Assembly: GCA_021323595.1 (NCBI GenBank)
Contig: JAJPKR010000016.1
Span: 105,286 to 169,285 of the forward strand
Origin: Terriglobia bacterium
GTDB lineage: Bacteria; Acidobacteriota; Terriglobia; Terriglobales; SCQP01
Direction: 5' to 3'
DNA: 64,000 nt
A model generated the notes under the pieces. That model did not search any database, was not told the origin of the DNA, and saw only the letters and a program-made list of their open reading frames with translations. Numbering within the stretch: position 1 is the first letter of the stretch; each line of letters opens with the position of its first letter. Below, piece after piece: positions 55,429 to 63,999 of this stretch. The position numbers and the translations under genes are program-made.

Positions 55429-55989
55429 CTAGTTCCGCGGCTGGAGAAAGCCGCTCAGCGGTCCCGCGCCGGGCACGGCGAAGAGCTTGACCGTCACTCC
55501 GCCGGCTCCGAGGACGAAGTCATTCGAAGAGAACTGCAGCGAATATATGCCCACGCCGGCAGGCGTGAACTCGAAATCGCTCGTCGAGCCCACGCTGAGC
55601 GGCGCTTCCGCGTCGCCGGCGGACGCCTGCGGCGCGGGCAGGTCGGCGCCGTCCTTGGCGATCGCCCGCCACCGCGCCAACTTGCCCACCGCGCGCACCG
55701 TCACCGTCACCGGCTCGTCGCTCGGCGTGATGTTGATAAACCGCAAGCGGTAGCGGCGGCCCGCCTGCAGAAACTGCACGGGCGGCTCCGGGCTGCCGTT
55801 GACCACCAACGGATCGCGCAGGACGGCGGGGCCGCGGCGCCCGATCACGAAGATCTTGTCGGCCGCCGGATCGTATTTTTGGCCCGGCGGCAGCACCAGC
55901 AACGCCCCTAAAGGCCGCCCGCGCATGCGAACGAAGCGGGCGGGAGTGCTCGAGCACGCCGACAATGCAGCATCTGTGATCAGTGGCAC
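55429..55989 (-). CDS. cupredoxin/multicopper-oxidase-like domain protein without copper ligands (possibly a gene fragment)
   Basis: LVVNGSPEPPVQFLQAGRRYRLRFINITPSD resembles the MCO domain pattern (ING..P....G...RLR.IN). The 186-aa product contains no histidine at all. GTG start with a stop 5 codons upstream. No signal peptide. Confidence 0.45.
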   Translation of the reverse strand: MPLITDAALSACSSTPARFVRMRGRPLGALLVLPPGQKYDPAADKIFVIGRRGPAVLRDPLVVNGSPEPPVQFLQAGRRYRLRFINITPSDEPVTVTVRAVGKLARWRAIAKDGADLPAPQASAGDAEAPLSVGSTSDFEFTPAGVGIYSLQFSSNDFVLGAGGVTVKLFAVPGAGPLSGFLQPRN

Positions 55990-56135
55990 GTTCCGCGGAG
56001 TATATTACCCGCTGGATGTTTCCTCATCGCGGAGCGGTTGCGCGCCGCTCCGGCGGCACGGCCCCGGCACCACGAAGGTAACCTCGGCCCCGCCGTGCGC
56101 GTTTCCTAAAGCAACGAAAGCAGGAGGTATTCGCC

Positions 56136-56813
56136 ATGGGGAGTCAACGTTTTCTCGCCGCCGCGGCGCTGCTCGCCGCAGCGGCGGTTTTGCCGTCCTT
56201 TGCGCGCGCGAGCCGCGCCCCATCGCTCGCGCCGACCAGCAGGACGAGCGCGGCCACGCAAGCGGCGCCGGCCAGCTCGCGCGGCTTCGCGGGCGCGATG
56301 GCGCGGCGTTCGCGACTCCGCGGCGGCCGCTTCGCCACAACGCGGTTCATCCGGGCCCGCGGCATGAGATGGGGGGCATTCGGCGGCCAGGGATTGTGGC
56401 TGGATCGCATCGCGCGCAACCCCGAAGCGCGGCAGCGCTTGGGCCTGAGCGACGAACAGGCGCGCCAAATCGAAGCGGCAACGCTCGATTTCCAAAAGGC
56501 CCGCATCAACAACCGCGCCCAGCAGCAGATTGCCCGCCTGCAATTGCGCGACGCGCTCACGGCCGCGCAGCCCGATGAAGGCGCCATCGATCAGCAACTG
56601 CAATCGCTCAGCGCGCTGCGGCTCGCGGAAGAGAAGGCGGCCATTCATTACCGGCTGAGCCTGCGCTCGATGCTCACCCCGGCGCAGCGGCAGACGTTGC
56701 GGCAACTCGTCCGGCGGCGCTTCGCGCGCCGGGGCGGCTTCGCGCCCGGAGGCCGCGGCAGCATGCCGCGCTCGGGACGCGTCCCGCCGCGCGCGAGCGG
56801 CCCGGAGAACTAA
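56136..56813 (+). CDS. Spy/CpxP-family periplasmic protein (LTxxQ motif)
   Basis: AGGAGG Shine-Dalgarno and a signal peptide. LSDEQARQIE.. and LTPAQRQTLRQL helix motifs are typical of the CpxP/Spy/heavy-metal-sensor family. Confidence 0.75.
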   Translation: MGSQRFLAAAALLAAAAVLPSFARASRAPSLAPTSRTSAATQAAPASSRGFAGAMARRSRLRGGRFATTRFIRARGMRWGAFGGQGLWLDRIARNPEARQRLGLSDEQARQIEAATLDFQKARINNRAQQQIARLQLRDALTAAQPDEGAIDQQLQSLSALRLAEEKAAIHYRLSLRSMLTPAQRQTLRQLVRRRFARRGGFAPGGRGSMPRSGRVPPRASGPEN

Positions 56814-57001
56814 AGCCGGGTCATAAAAAGGATGAAGTTGCTGTTCAGCACCTGGTGCGGCGGCAAGAGCGAGCGAATCTCGCCGAGGTTCACGGTCCGG
56901 TAGATCTCGACGCGCCACTTGCCCGCGGCCGCCGCCAGCACCCGTTCCCGCAACGAGCGAGGGCTGTAATTGCGATGAAACTCGCAGCCCTCGCCCAGCA
57001 A
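56810..57001 (-). CDS. hypothetical 63-aa ORF, possibly the 3' remnant of a longer gene
   Basis: TTG start preceded by AGGA. Third-position GC is high. The same frame stays open and looks coding for at least ~25 codons upstream of the TTG. It remains stop-free up to 57202, inside the tRNA-Lys gene, with no start codon in that stretch. Confidence 0.3.
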   Translation of the reverse strand: MLGEGCEFHRNYSPRSLRERVLAAAAGKWRVEIYRTVNLGEIRSLLPPHQVLNSNFILFMTRL

Positions 57002-57191
57002 TTTTTCCTGCCCGGCGTCGAGGAAGCCGCGATGGTAGTTTTCCGCCGGCTCGAGCGCCCCATACAGCGGCGTGCGATGGCAAGCGGCGGCGGACTGCCG
57101 GTTATCATGGCTGAAGGCCCGCGCGCGCGACGCCGAACGGTCGCTCGCCGGCGCGCCGCTCGCGCGCGACGAGCGCCACGCGGCTTCCCCG

Positions 57192-57267
57192 GAGGCGGTA
57201 GCTCAATCGGTAGAGCATTGCCCTTTTAAGGCAAGGGTTCTGGGTTCGAGTCCCAGCCGCCTCACCA
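57192..57267 (+). tRNA. tRNA-Lys (anticodon UUU), CCA encoded
   Basis: Manual cloverleaf: acceptor GAGGCGG/CCGCCTC, D arm GCTC-AATCGGTA-GAGC, anticodon arm TTGCC-CTTTTAA-GGCAA, T arm CTGGG-TTCGAGT-CCCAG, then discriminator A and CCA. Confidence 0.95.
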
Positions 57268-57322
57268 AAATCGAATCGTCGCTTTGCCGGCGCCACTCCG
57301 TGAGCCGCGCACAACGAATTGC

Positions 57323-57347
57323 GGGCAGGCGGGAATGCCTGCCCACA
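57323..57347. repeat. palindromic intergenic repeat, copy 2 (GGGCAGGCGGGAATGCCTGCCCAC)
   Basis: 22 of 23 nt are identical to the copy at 44919..44942. It sits between tRNA-Lys and the convergent O-methyltransferase gene. Confidence 0.8.
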
Positions 57348-57424
57348 CGTTCACTCGAAGACCCGTCAAGCGGCAATGCGGCTGCCGCCGCCAGCGGCAA
57401 CGCGCGCAGCCGCGGCGCGCCGGG

Positions 57425-58438
57425 CTAGCTCTTCGCGGCCGAGATCAGGCTTTGCGGCGAATGCGGCACCGGCTCGATCGCAGCATCGCGAAATCCCGCC
57501 TGCTCCAGCATCGGTACGTACTCCGCCCAGGTATAGGCATCGCCGGCGGGCGTGTGCAGCAGCATCTCCATGCTGAAGCTGGCCGGCATGGGCGGCGAGA
57601 TGCGGTCCTCGTTGGGCACGAACTCGAGGGCCAGAACTTTCCCTCCGGGCGCCAGCGCCGCATGCACCCGGCGCAGCAGCCGCACACACGTGGCTCGGTC
57701 GAACTGGTGCAAGATATTCGTCAGCAGCGCCAGCCGATAACCCGAGCCGAAGTCCACCTCGAGCGCACTGCCCGGCAGGACGCGGTAGCGGCCGGCGCCG
57801 ACGCCGGCTTTGGCCGCGTTTTCCTTGGCGATTTCCAGCACCGCCGGCCAGTCGACGGCCACGATCTCGAGGCGCGGATTTCGGCGCGCCAACGCCAGCC
57901 CGTATAAGCCGTGTCCGGCGGCGATGTCCAGCACCTTGCCCCCGTCCTGGCCGGCGTGCCGCTCGGCGATGAATGCCGCTTGCGGCGCCATCATCGGCGT
58001 CATCGAGCGCGCAAACCGCAGCCAACCCTCCCAATTAGGCTGTAACGCCCTCTCGTCGCCGCCCTCGCGCACGATGCGCGCCAGCGAAATCGCCGTCTGC
58101 TGCACCTCCGCATCGCACACGAAATCGGCCATGGTGCCCATGTAGGTGGGCGAGCGCTGGTCGAGAAAGGCCGCCGCCACGGGCGCGAGCCCATAATTCG
58201 CCCCGCTCTTCGTCAAGAAACCGTGGATGGCGAGGAAGTCGCACAAGATGCGCACGCCGCGCTCTTGCGCGCGCAGCTCGCGCGCCAGCGCCGCCGCGGT
58301 AGTCACGCCCGATCCGACCGCCGTAAACAGGCCGAGTTCGATGGCGGCGCGGAGTGCGTTGGTCTGGTGGAAGGCCCAGAGCGCCTGAAACACTCGTTCG
58401 GGCGTCGGCGCTTGGTTCTGCTCAGGATTCGCATCCAT
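57425..58438 (-). CDS. class I SAM-dependent O-methyltransferase (family 2, with N-terminal dimerisation domain)
   Basis: N-terminal winged-helix/dimerisation region (ALRAAIELGLFTA), SAM motif VLDIAAGHG, and a C-terminus typical of the COMT-like family. Confidence 0.85.
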   Translation of the reverse strand: MDANPEQNQAPTPERVFQALWAFHQTNALRAAIELGLFTAVGSGVTTAAALARELRAQERGVRILCDFLAIHGFLTKSGANYGLAPVAAAFLDQRSPTYMGTMADFVCDAEVQQTAISLARIVREGGDERALQPNWEGWLRFARSMTPMMAPQAAFIAERHAGQDGGKVLDIAAGHGLYGLALARRNPRLEIVAVDWPAVLEIAKENAAKAGVGAGRYRVLPGSALEVDFGSGYRLALLTNILHQFDRATCVRLLRRVHAALAPGGKVLALEFVPNEDRISPPMPASFSMEMLLHTPAGDAYTWAEYVPMLEQAGFRDAAIEPVPHSPQSLISAAKS

Positions 58439-58645
58439 CCCGCCATGCTAGCATCCGGTCCCACGCGGGATATTTTTTCTTGCCGCCATACCGGCTGCAG
58501 AGGCGCCGCGACTGTATCGAGTCGACCTCCCGGCGACCGCGGCGCGCCGGGCCAGGCTCGAAGGCCTGACATGCAGCGATCAAGGCGCACCCGCGCCCTT
58601 CGCCGTGGTTCCCGCGCCCCCGGCGGTTGCCCCAGGAAGGCGAAC

Positions 58646-59536
58646 TCATGCCATCAGAGGGCCGAGCTCCCGGCGGAAGAACTGGAGGCTGGCGGCGGCG
58701 TCTTGGGCGAAACTGCCGCGGGCCTCGATGGAAAGTCCCCCGCGCCAATGGGCCTTCGTGACCAAGCGCCGCAGTTGCGCGAAGAAAGCTGGGTAGCCGG
58801 CGTCCTCGTCGAGCCGGCGCGGCCAAACCCGGCCATGCGGGTTGGCGAAATGGAAATGCACGATCTCCTTGCGCGCCTCCCACAGGATCTCCGGCGACTC
58901 CCGCTCCTGGCTGAGATGGTAGTAGTCGATGATCATCTTGACGTTCGGATGCCGCACCTGCCGGACCATGCGCAACGCCTCGGCGCCGGTATTGAGAATA
59001 TTGCTCTCTTGCCGGCGCAGCGGTTCGATGGCGATGAACAAGCCTTTCGGCTGGGCGATATCGCCCGCCATCCACAAGAAATCGGCGATCTGATTCCAGG
59101 CGCGCGCGCGGGAAAATCCCGGCGGCACATTGCGCGAGCCGGCGCTGCCCCATACCACCACTTGCCCGCCCAGCTCCGAGCAGCGCTGCAGATCTTCTTC
59201 CATGTAGCCGATCAGTTCGAGGCGCGGGACAGTGTCGCCGACAACCTTCAACTCCCTTTGCCGAATGAAGCTATTGAACGCCAGGCAGCGCACCGGCGAA
59301 GCCCGCACCCGCGACTTGAAGTCCTGATACGTCGTCTCGTCCATGGCCGCGATCGCCGCGGCCGCCGGTTCCAAGTAGCCGAACCCGTAGCGAACCACGT
59401 CATCGAGATGCGCAGGCGAAGCGCAAACGCCGATTTGCACCCGACCTGGAGGAGCGGCGGCGAGCGGGGACCGGCATGCGGCGGCGAATCCCAGAGCGGA
59501 AGCCGCGCGAAGGAATTGGCGACGCGAGAGGGACAC
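58646..59536 (-). CDS. Tat-signal sugar phosphate isomerase/epimerase (xylose isomerase-like TIM barrel)
   Basis: Twin-arginine leader MSLSRRQFLRAASALG. The AP-endonuclease-2/xylose-isomerase-like barrel pattern is present (..IEPL...E.N.......A). Confidence 0.8.
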   Translation of the reverse strand: MSLSRRQFLRAASALGFAAACRSPLAAAPPGRVQIGVCASPAHLDDVVRYGFGYLEPAAAAIAAMDETTYQDFKSRVRASPVRCLAFNSFIRQRELKVVGDTVPRLELIGYMEEDLQRCSELGGQVVVWGSAGSRNVPPGFSRARAWNQIADFLWMAGDIAQPKGLFIAIEPLRRQESNILNTGAEALRMVRQVRHPNVKMIIDYYHLSQERESPEILWEARKEIVHFHFANPHGRVWPRRLDEDAGYPAFFAQLRRLVTKAHWRGGLSIEARGSFAQDAAASLQFFRRELGPLMA

Positions 59537-59650
59537 GGCCAGCAGAATAGCTCATCCCATCGTTACGCGAGCCTTCGGCGAGCGCAGGCATGCGGCAGCC
59601 GCCCGCCTGGTCCGCAGCCGCGCGCCCGCACGCACCCAGCGTTGGATCTA

Positions 59651-60076
59651 TCACGCGGGACTCAACAGGCGCCGGCCGACGCGCCGTCCGCTGGACCAAC
59701 TCTGCGCCAATTTCCCGGCCCCATCGAAGGACAGAACATCCACGGCCTCGGCGCCGGCCTCCCAAAGCGCCTGCAGCAGGGCCGATTCCCCGAAGTCCAA
59801 GGGCTCGTCCCGGGCGGCCAGCAGCAACACACGATCGAACTCGGCCAGGACGAGCCAGCCGGGCAAGGCTTCGCCGGCAAGCCAATTTGCCGCCGCCAGG
59901 CGCCCTTCTTCCCACGCCGCCGCGACCGCCGCATCAGAGGCGCACACGCATAACGCCGAAGGACAAGCCGCCGCCTCCGGCGCCAGCACCAGCACCGATT
60001 CCCCCACGCTGTGCAGCGCCAGCGCGGCTTCGCTGAGCTGAGAATTCCAAGCGGCGGCGGCGAGCAGGGCCGCCAT
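59651..60076 (-). CDS. hypothetical protein (141 aa)
   Basis: Third-position GC is high. The ATG lies 10 nt after the stop of the zinc-ribbon mini-gene. No recognisable motif. Confidence 0.5.
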   Translation of the reverse strand: MAALLAAAAWNSQLSEAALALHSVGESVLVLAPEAAACPSALCVCASDAAVAAAWEEGRLAAANWLAGEALPGWLVLAEFDRVLLLAARDEPLDFGESALLQALWEAGAEAVDVLSFDGAGKLAQSWSSGRRVGRRLLSPA

Positions 60077-60086
60077 TAGCGAGAAC

Positions 60087-60260
60087 TCATGCCGCCTGCG
60101 GCGTTGCGGGGCGATGCGGCGGCGGGTTCTGGTCGAGCACCTCCGGCGCCGGCGCCGTCACCGCGGCTTGCTGGACGCTGGCACATTGGGGACAGACGTA
60201 CGCTCCGTTCAATTCGCCGGAAAAATAGCGTTGGCAAACAGCGCACAATTTGTAAATCAT
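60087..60260 (-). CDS. small zinc-ribbon protein (57 aa), below the size cutoff of the ORF track
   Basis: Translation by hand: MIYKLCAVCQRYFSGELNGAYVCPQCASVQQAAVTAPAPEVLDQNPPPHRPATPQAA. ATG is preceded by GGAGG with a 6-nt spacer. Two CxxC pairs are 13 residues apart. Confidence 0.55.
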   Translation of the reverse strand: MIYKLCAVCQRYFSGELNGAYVCPQCASVQQAAVTAPAPEVLDQNPPPHRPATPQAA

Positions 60261-60373
60261 CGCCTACCTCCAACGCGGCTTCGGGAGCACCGCGGAACCA
60301 GTTGCTCCCATCGTCCCACCCCCGGCCGGCGTTCGCAAGCTAAATCGAGAAATTTGCGAAGCCGCCGCCGCCC

Positions 60374-60982
60374 CTAGATTGGAGACGCCCGCAAGGTGTA
60401 GCCGATGGCGATGCCGAAGCGGCGGGCATTGGGGACTTGGAACTCAATGTTGTGGCGGATGACGTACAAATGCGCATCCGGCTGAATGAAGATGTGGTCG
60501 GTTAAGTACAACCGCACCCCCACCCCTAAATGTCCCATCAAGTGGTTCGAGCTCTGATAGTTGGTGCAGCCGGTGAATGCGCCGCAGGTGAATTGCGAGG
60601 AATAAACCCGCAGGCTCTCGGCGCCGACCCCCAGTTCGATGACCGGCGTGATGCGGGGCAGGCTCACCGGCTCCCAAACCAGGTTGAAGTCGTACAAGAT
60701 CGGACGCACGGGAAAGACGCCGAAGCTGTTGATGTACGCCATCTGCTTGCCGCGCCAAGCCACCTCGCCGCCAAAGCCCCAGGCGCCGATCAGCGGCGTA
60801 TTGAAGAGCACGAGGTCGCCGCCGACGCTAGGGAAGAAGCCGCCGCCCATGTAGGGAAACTGATCGTTGTGGTTCGCGGTGAGCGTGTTGAAGCCGAAGA
60901 AGGCATCCACCGATTGCGCCGCGCCCGCGCCGGCCAGGACCATGACGCAAACCGCCACCAGAATGAGGCGATGAGTTTTCAA
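60374..60982 (-). CDS. outer-membrane beta-barrel protein (OmpW/porin-like small barrel)
   Basis: TTG start after AAGGAG gives the signal peptide MKTHRLILVAVCVMVLAGAGAAQS. Alternating beta-strand pattern ends in an aromatic-rich C-terminus. Confidence 0.7.
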   Translation of the reverse strand: MKTHRLILVAVCVMVLAGAGAAQSVDAFFGFNTLTANHNDQFPYMGGGFFPSVGGDLVLFNTPLIGAWGFGGEVAWRGKQMAYINSFGVFPVRPILYDFNLVWEPVSLPRITPVIELGVGAESLRVYSSQFTCGAFTGCTNYQSSNHLMGHLGVGVRLYLTDHIFIQPDAHLYVIRHNIEFQVPNARRFGIAIGYTLRASPI

Positions 60983-61135
60983 ATGAGTCTCCTTTCCTTC
61001 CACAGGACTCAGCGGCCCACCCAAGCAACCTGCTAATGCTTTCCATTGTAGATGGAAAAGGAGCTTCTCTGGTTTCGGTGATTCCTTCCTCCGGCCGGCT
61101 TTTGCCCGCGGGCGGCCGCGGGGCGCGGCCGCGCT

Positions 61136-61846
61136 TCAGGCCGCATGCGAGCGCTGCCCCGCCGCCGCGCTCTCGCTCTCCGTCCGCGCGGCCAGGCCCC
61201 GCGCCACCCCCAAGATCGCCAGCGGCAAGGAGCGCGAGCTCGTGATGCCCATCTTGCGATAGGCGCTCTCGAGATGGCGTTTGACGGTGGAAATCCCGAT
61301 GTGCAAGTCCTGCGCGATCTGCCGGTTCTTCTTGCCCTGCAGGCACTCGGAGATGATGTCGATTTCCCGGGCGCTCAGCCGGTACTGCTGCCCCAGCGCG
61401 TGCCGGGTCTGATGATCGAGCAAACTCATCTGTTCGGGCGATGGCGCCACCGCCGCGCGCTCGCTGACGATCAGCAGCACCCCCTGCGGGGCCGCTTCCC
61501 CGCCCCCCTCGCCTTCATCGGCCAGCGGCACGATCGTGCAACTGACGCTCGCCTGGCCCAGTTGCCCGCGGCTCACTTTGATGTTTTCCATGTGCCAAGG
61601 CGCGCCCGCGCCGCTCGCCCGCTGCAACGCCTCCAGCACGCCGCTCGCCGCTAATTCCGGCCAGCACTGCTGCAGCGGCATGCCCAGCGTCTTTTTGGTT
61701 CGGAAGCGGCTGTCCAAGAGCTCCAAGAACACGTTATTGGCCTCGCGCAAGACGGCCTGGCTCCCCTCAAAGACCGCCAGCCCGAATACCGGATTGCGCC
61801 ACAAAGCCCCCAGCACCGCCGACCGCAATTTCGGATTGTCACGCAT
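61136..61846 (-). CDS. LuxR-family transcriptional regulator with PAS-like N-terminal domain
   Basis: C-terminal HTH LSAREIDIISECLQGKKNRQIAQDLHIGISTVKRHLESAYRKMG. ATG 61846 is preceded by GGAGG. The upstream 75 codons of the track ORF are rejected. Confidence 0.85.
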   Translation of the reverse strand: MRDNPKLRSAVLGALWRNPVFGLAVFEGSQAVLREANNVFLELLDSRFRTKKTLGMPLQQCWPELAASGVLEALQRASGAGAPWHMENIKVSRGQLGQASVSCTIVPLADEGEGGGEAAPQGVLLIVSERAAVAPSPEQMSLLDHQTRHALGQQYRLSAREIDIISECLQGKKNRQIAQDLHIGISTVKRHLESAYRKMGITSSRSLPLAILGVARGLAARTESESAAAGQRSHAA

Positions 61847-62130
61847 CACCCACCTCCCCAACGCCTGCGATTGGCCCGGCCACGGACGCAAGGCGTTCCG
61901 TGTTCGCGGCCTGCAACTTGGAAGATGGCGGGTGGAAAAAGGTCTTATCGCCGGCGCCAAAACTTTGGCAGCTATTTTCAAGATGGCGCCGCCGGCGGCG
62001 GCCGCACGCCTTCCGCCGTTGGGAACCGGGACCCTGGCGGTTGGCTGGGGTCTTGACCCGCCAAATTCCACCCCTTGCCTTATTCTTTTGGGGCGGCTAC
62101 ATTGGTGCTATTTCTAACGCGGTACTCTGA

Positions 62131-63999
62131 ATGCGGATAAGATATATCATTGTTACGCTGGTCTTGGGGCTGGCCGCCAGCGCCATCCCGCCGCCGCGAA
62201 GCGTCGCAGTGCCGAAGCTGGCGCAGTCTCCCTCGCTGGCGTCCCTGCTCGAAAGCTTTCCGCCCGCCGGTTTTGCCGCCGTCCAGGGATTTGTCCAGCA
62301 CGACCCGCGGGAGGGAGTGCCGGTTTCTCAGCCGACGCAGGCCTTTTTGGCCTACGATAGCCGCAATTTCTACGTGGTTTTCGACTGCCGCGACACCGAT
62401 CCCGGCGCCATTCGGGCGCAGATCACCCGCCGCGACGACGTCTTAGGCGACGACTACGTCGGCCTGATCCTCGATCCTGAAGACGATCGGCGGCGCGCCG
62501 TGGTGTTCATGGTGGATGCCGGCGGGCAACAGCAGGACGGGCTGCTAGATCAAGGCATGATAGATGCGCAGCAGTCCTCGATCTCCTACGATTTGCAGGC
62601 CGCCGATTACACCTACGACACCAACTGGCGCTCGCGGGTGACGCGGCTGCGCGACGGCTATCGCGTCGCCATCGCCATTCCTTTCAGCAGCCTGCGGTTT
62701 CCCCACCGTCCCGTGCAGACCTGGGGAATCCTGCTGTTCCGCTATATCTACCGCGACGGCGAGCTCAGCTACTGGCCGAGCGTGACGCGCAAGATCAACG
62801 GCCTGCTCCGCCAAGAAGGCACGGCCGGAGGCCTCAGCGGGCTCGAGGCGCCGCACAATCTCGAGTTCATTCCCTACGGCGTCTTTCGCGCCAATCACTC
62901 GTTGAACCCTGACACCGGCCAGTTCGCGGACCACCGTCTGCAGCAGCGCTACGGGCTCGACACCAAATACACCTTCCTCACCGATATGAACCTCGACTTG
63001 ACGCTGAACCCGGATTTCAGCGAGGTCGAATCCGACAGCCCGCTGCCCACGACCAACCAGCGCTTCGAGGTCGTCTATCCGGAAAAGCGGCCCTTCTTCG
63101 AGGAGCGGTCCGATATTTTCAACACCCCCGGCAACGAGCTGTTTTTCAGCCGGCGCATTCTCGATCCCGAATACGGCGGCCGCCTCACCGGCAAACAGGG
63201 CGGGACCACGGTCGGCCTGCTGTGGGCCGACGACCGCGGTCCCGGCGAGCTCGTCGCCAGCGGCGATCCGCGCTTCGGCCACCGCGCGTATTTCGGGACC
63301 GCACGGGTCACCGAAGACATTTTCTCCGACTCCTCGGTCGGCGCGCTCTGGACCTCCCGCCGCTTCATGGACCGGGAAAACGACGTGTTCGAGGCCGACG
63401 CCCATCTGCGCTTGAGCCGCTCGCTTCGCTTTTCCGGCGCGGCACAGGAAAGCTTCACGCGCGGCCACGATCTCGCGAGCGAGCAAGACCCCGCCGCGGC
63501 GAGCTTGTTCTCGAACCCGCCGCCCAGCCGCCTGGCGGGCGCGCCCGCCTACTATGGCAGCCTCTCTTTCGCCACCAAAGACTGGCAAGGCGACGTCAAC
63601 TACAACGACCTCTCGGCCAATTTTCAGGATGACCTCGGGTACATCCCGCGCACCGACATCCGCGACGTGCATGCCGATCTCTATCGCAATTTCTTCGGCC
63701 GCCGCTATTTCGCGCTATTCCAGCCGCAATTGCATTTGCGCCGCAACTACGACCACAGCGGCGTCGTGCAGGACGTGACGATCGAGCCCGGCGTTTACGT
63801 GATGTTTCCGCACAACACCGACGCCGAATACCTCCTCGACGACCGCTTCGAACGCTACCTGGGCGTCGGGTACCGCCATCATGCCCAAGTCATCGGCTTC
63901 GACGTGCCCTGGCGCACCTGGTTCAAGCTCTCCGGCGGCGAAGAAATCGGAACCAATATCAACTTCTTCCCTGCCGCCGGCGTGGCCCCGTTCGTCGGC
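62131..63999 (+). CDS. DUF5916 / carbohydrate-binding-family-9-like outer-membrane-associated protein (3' end outside window)
   Basis: It is absent from the ORF track because no stop occurs before the window end. Hand translation from ATG 62131 gives MRIRYIIVTLVLGLAASAIPPP (signal) ..AFLAYDSRNFYVVFDCRDTDP..DDYVGLILDPEDDRRRA..WRSRV..GYRVAIAIPFSSLRF..LNPDFSEVESD.., open to the edge. Track ORF 62545..63672(-) is its antisense shadow. Confidence 0.8.
   Translation, partial: MRIRYIIVTLVLGLAASAIPPPRSVAVPKLAQSPSLASLLESFPPAGFAAVQGFVQHDPREGVPVSQPTQAFLAYDSRNFYVVFDCRDTDPGAIRAQITRRDDVLGDDYVGLILDPEDDRRRAVVFMVDAGGQQQDGLLDQGMIDAQQSSISYDLQAADYTYDTNWRSRVTRLRDGYRVAIAIPFSSLRFPHRPVQTWGILLFRYIYRDGELSYWPSVTRKINGLLRQEGTAGGLSGLEAPHNLEFIPYGVFRANHSLNPDTGQFADHRLQQRYGLDTKYTFLTDMNLDLTLNPDFSEVESDSPLPTTNQRFEVVYPEKRPFFEERSDIFNTPGNELFFSRRILDPEYGGRLTGKQGGTTVGLLWADDRGPGELVASGDPRFGHRAYFGTARVTEDIFSDSSVGALWTSRRFMDRENDVFEADAHLRLSRSLRFSGAAQESFTRGHDLASEQDPAAASLFSNPPPSRLAGAPAYYGSLSFATKDWQGDVNYNDLSANFQDDLGYIPRTDIRDVHADLYRNFFGRRYFALFQPQLHLRRNYDHSGVVQDVTIEPGVYVMFPHNTDAEYLLDDRFERYLGVGYRHHAQVIGFDVPWRTWFKLSGGEEIGTNINFFPAAGVAPFVG

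Noticed and set aside
60076-60273. 65-aa TTG-initiated ORF from the track.
   Set aside because: Its first codons are the GGAGG ribosome-binding site of the better-supported ATG-initiated zinc-ribbon ORF (60087..60260) in another frame. Its translation is Arg/Gly/Ala-rich.
57192-62130. Genomic island integrated at tRNA-Lys.
   Set aside because: The genes look accessory and somewhat lower in GC. However, I found no integrase, recombinase or transposase, and by eye no direct repeat of the tRNA 3' end. It is kept only as context for the gene-remnant finding.
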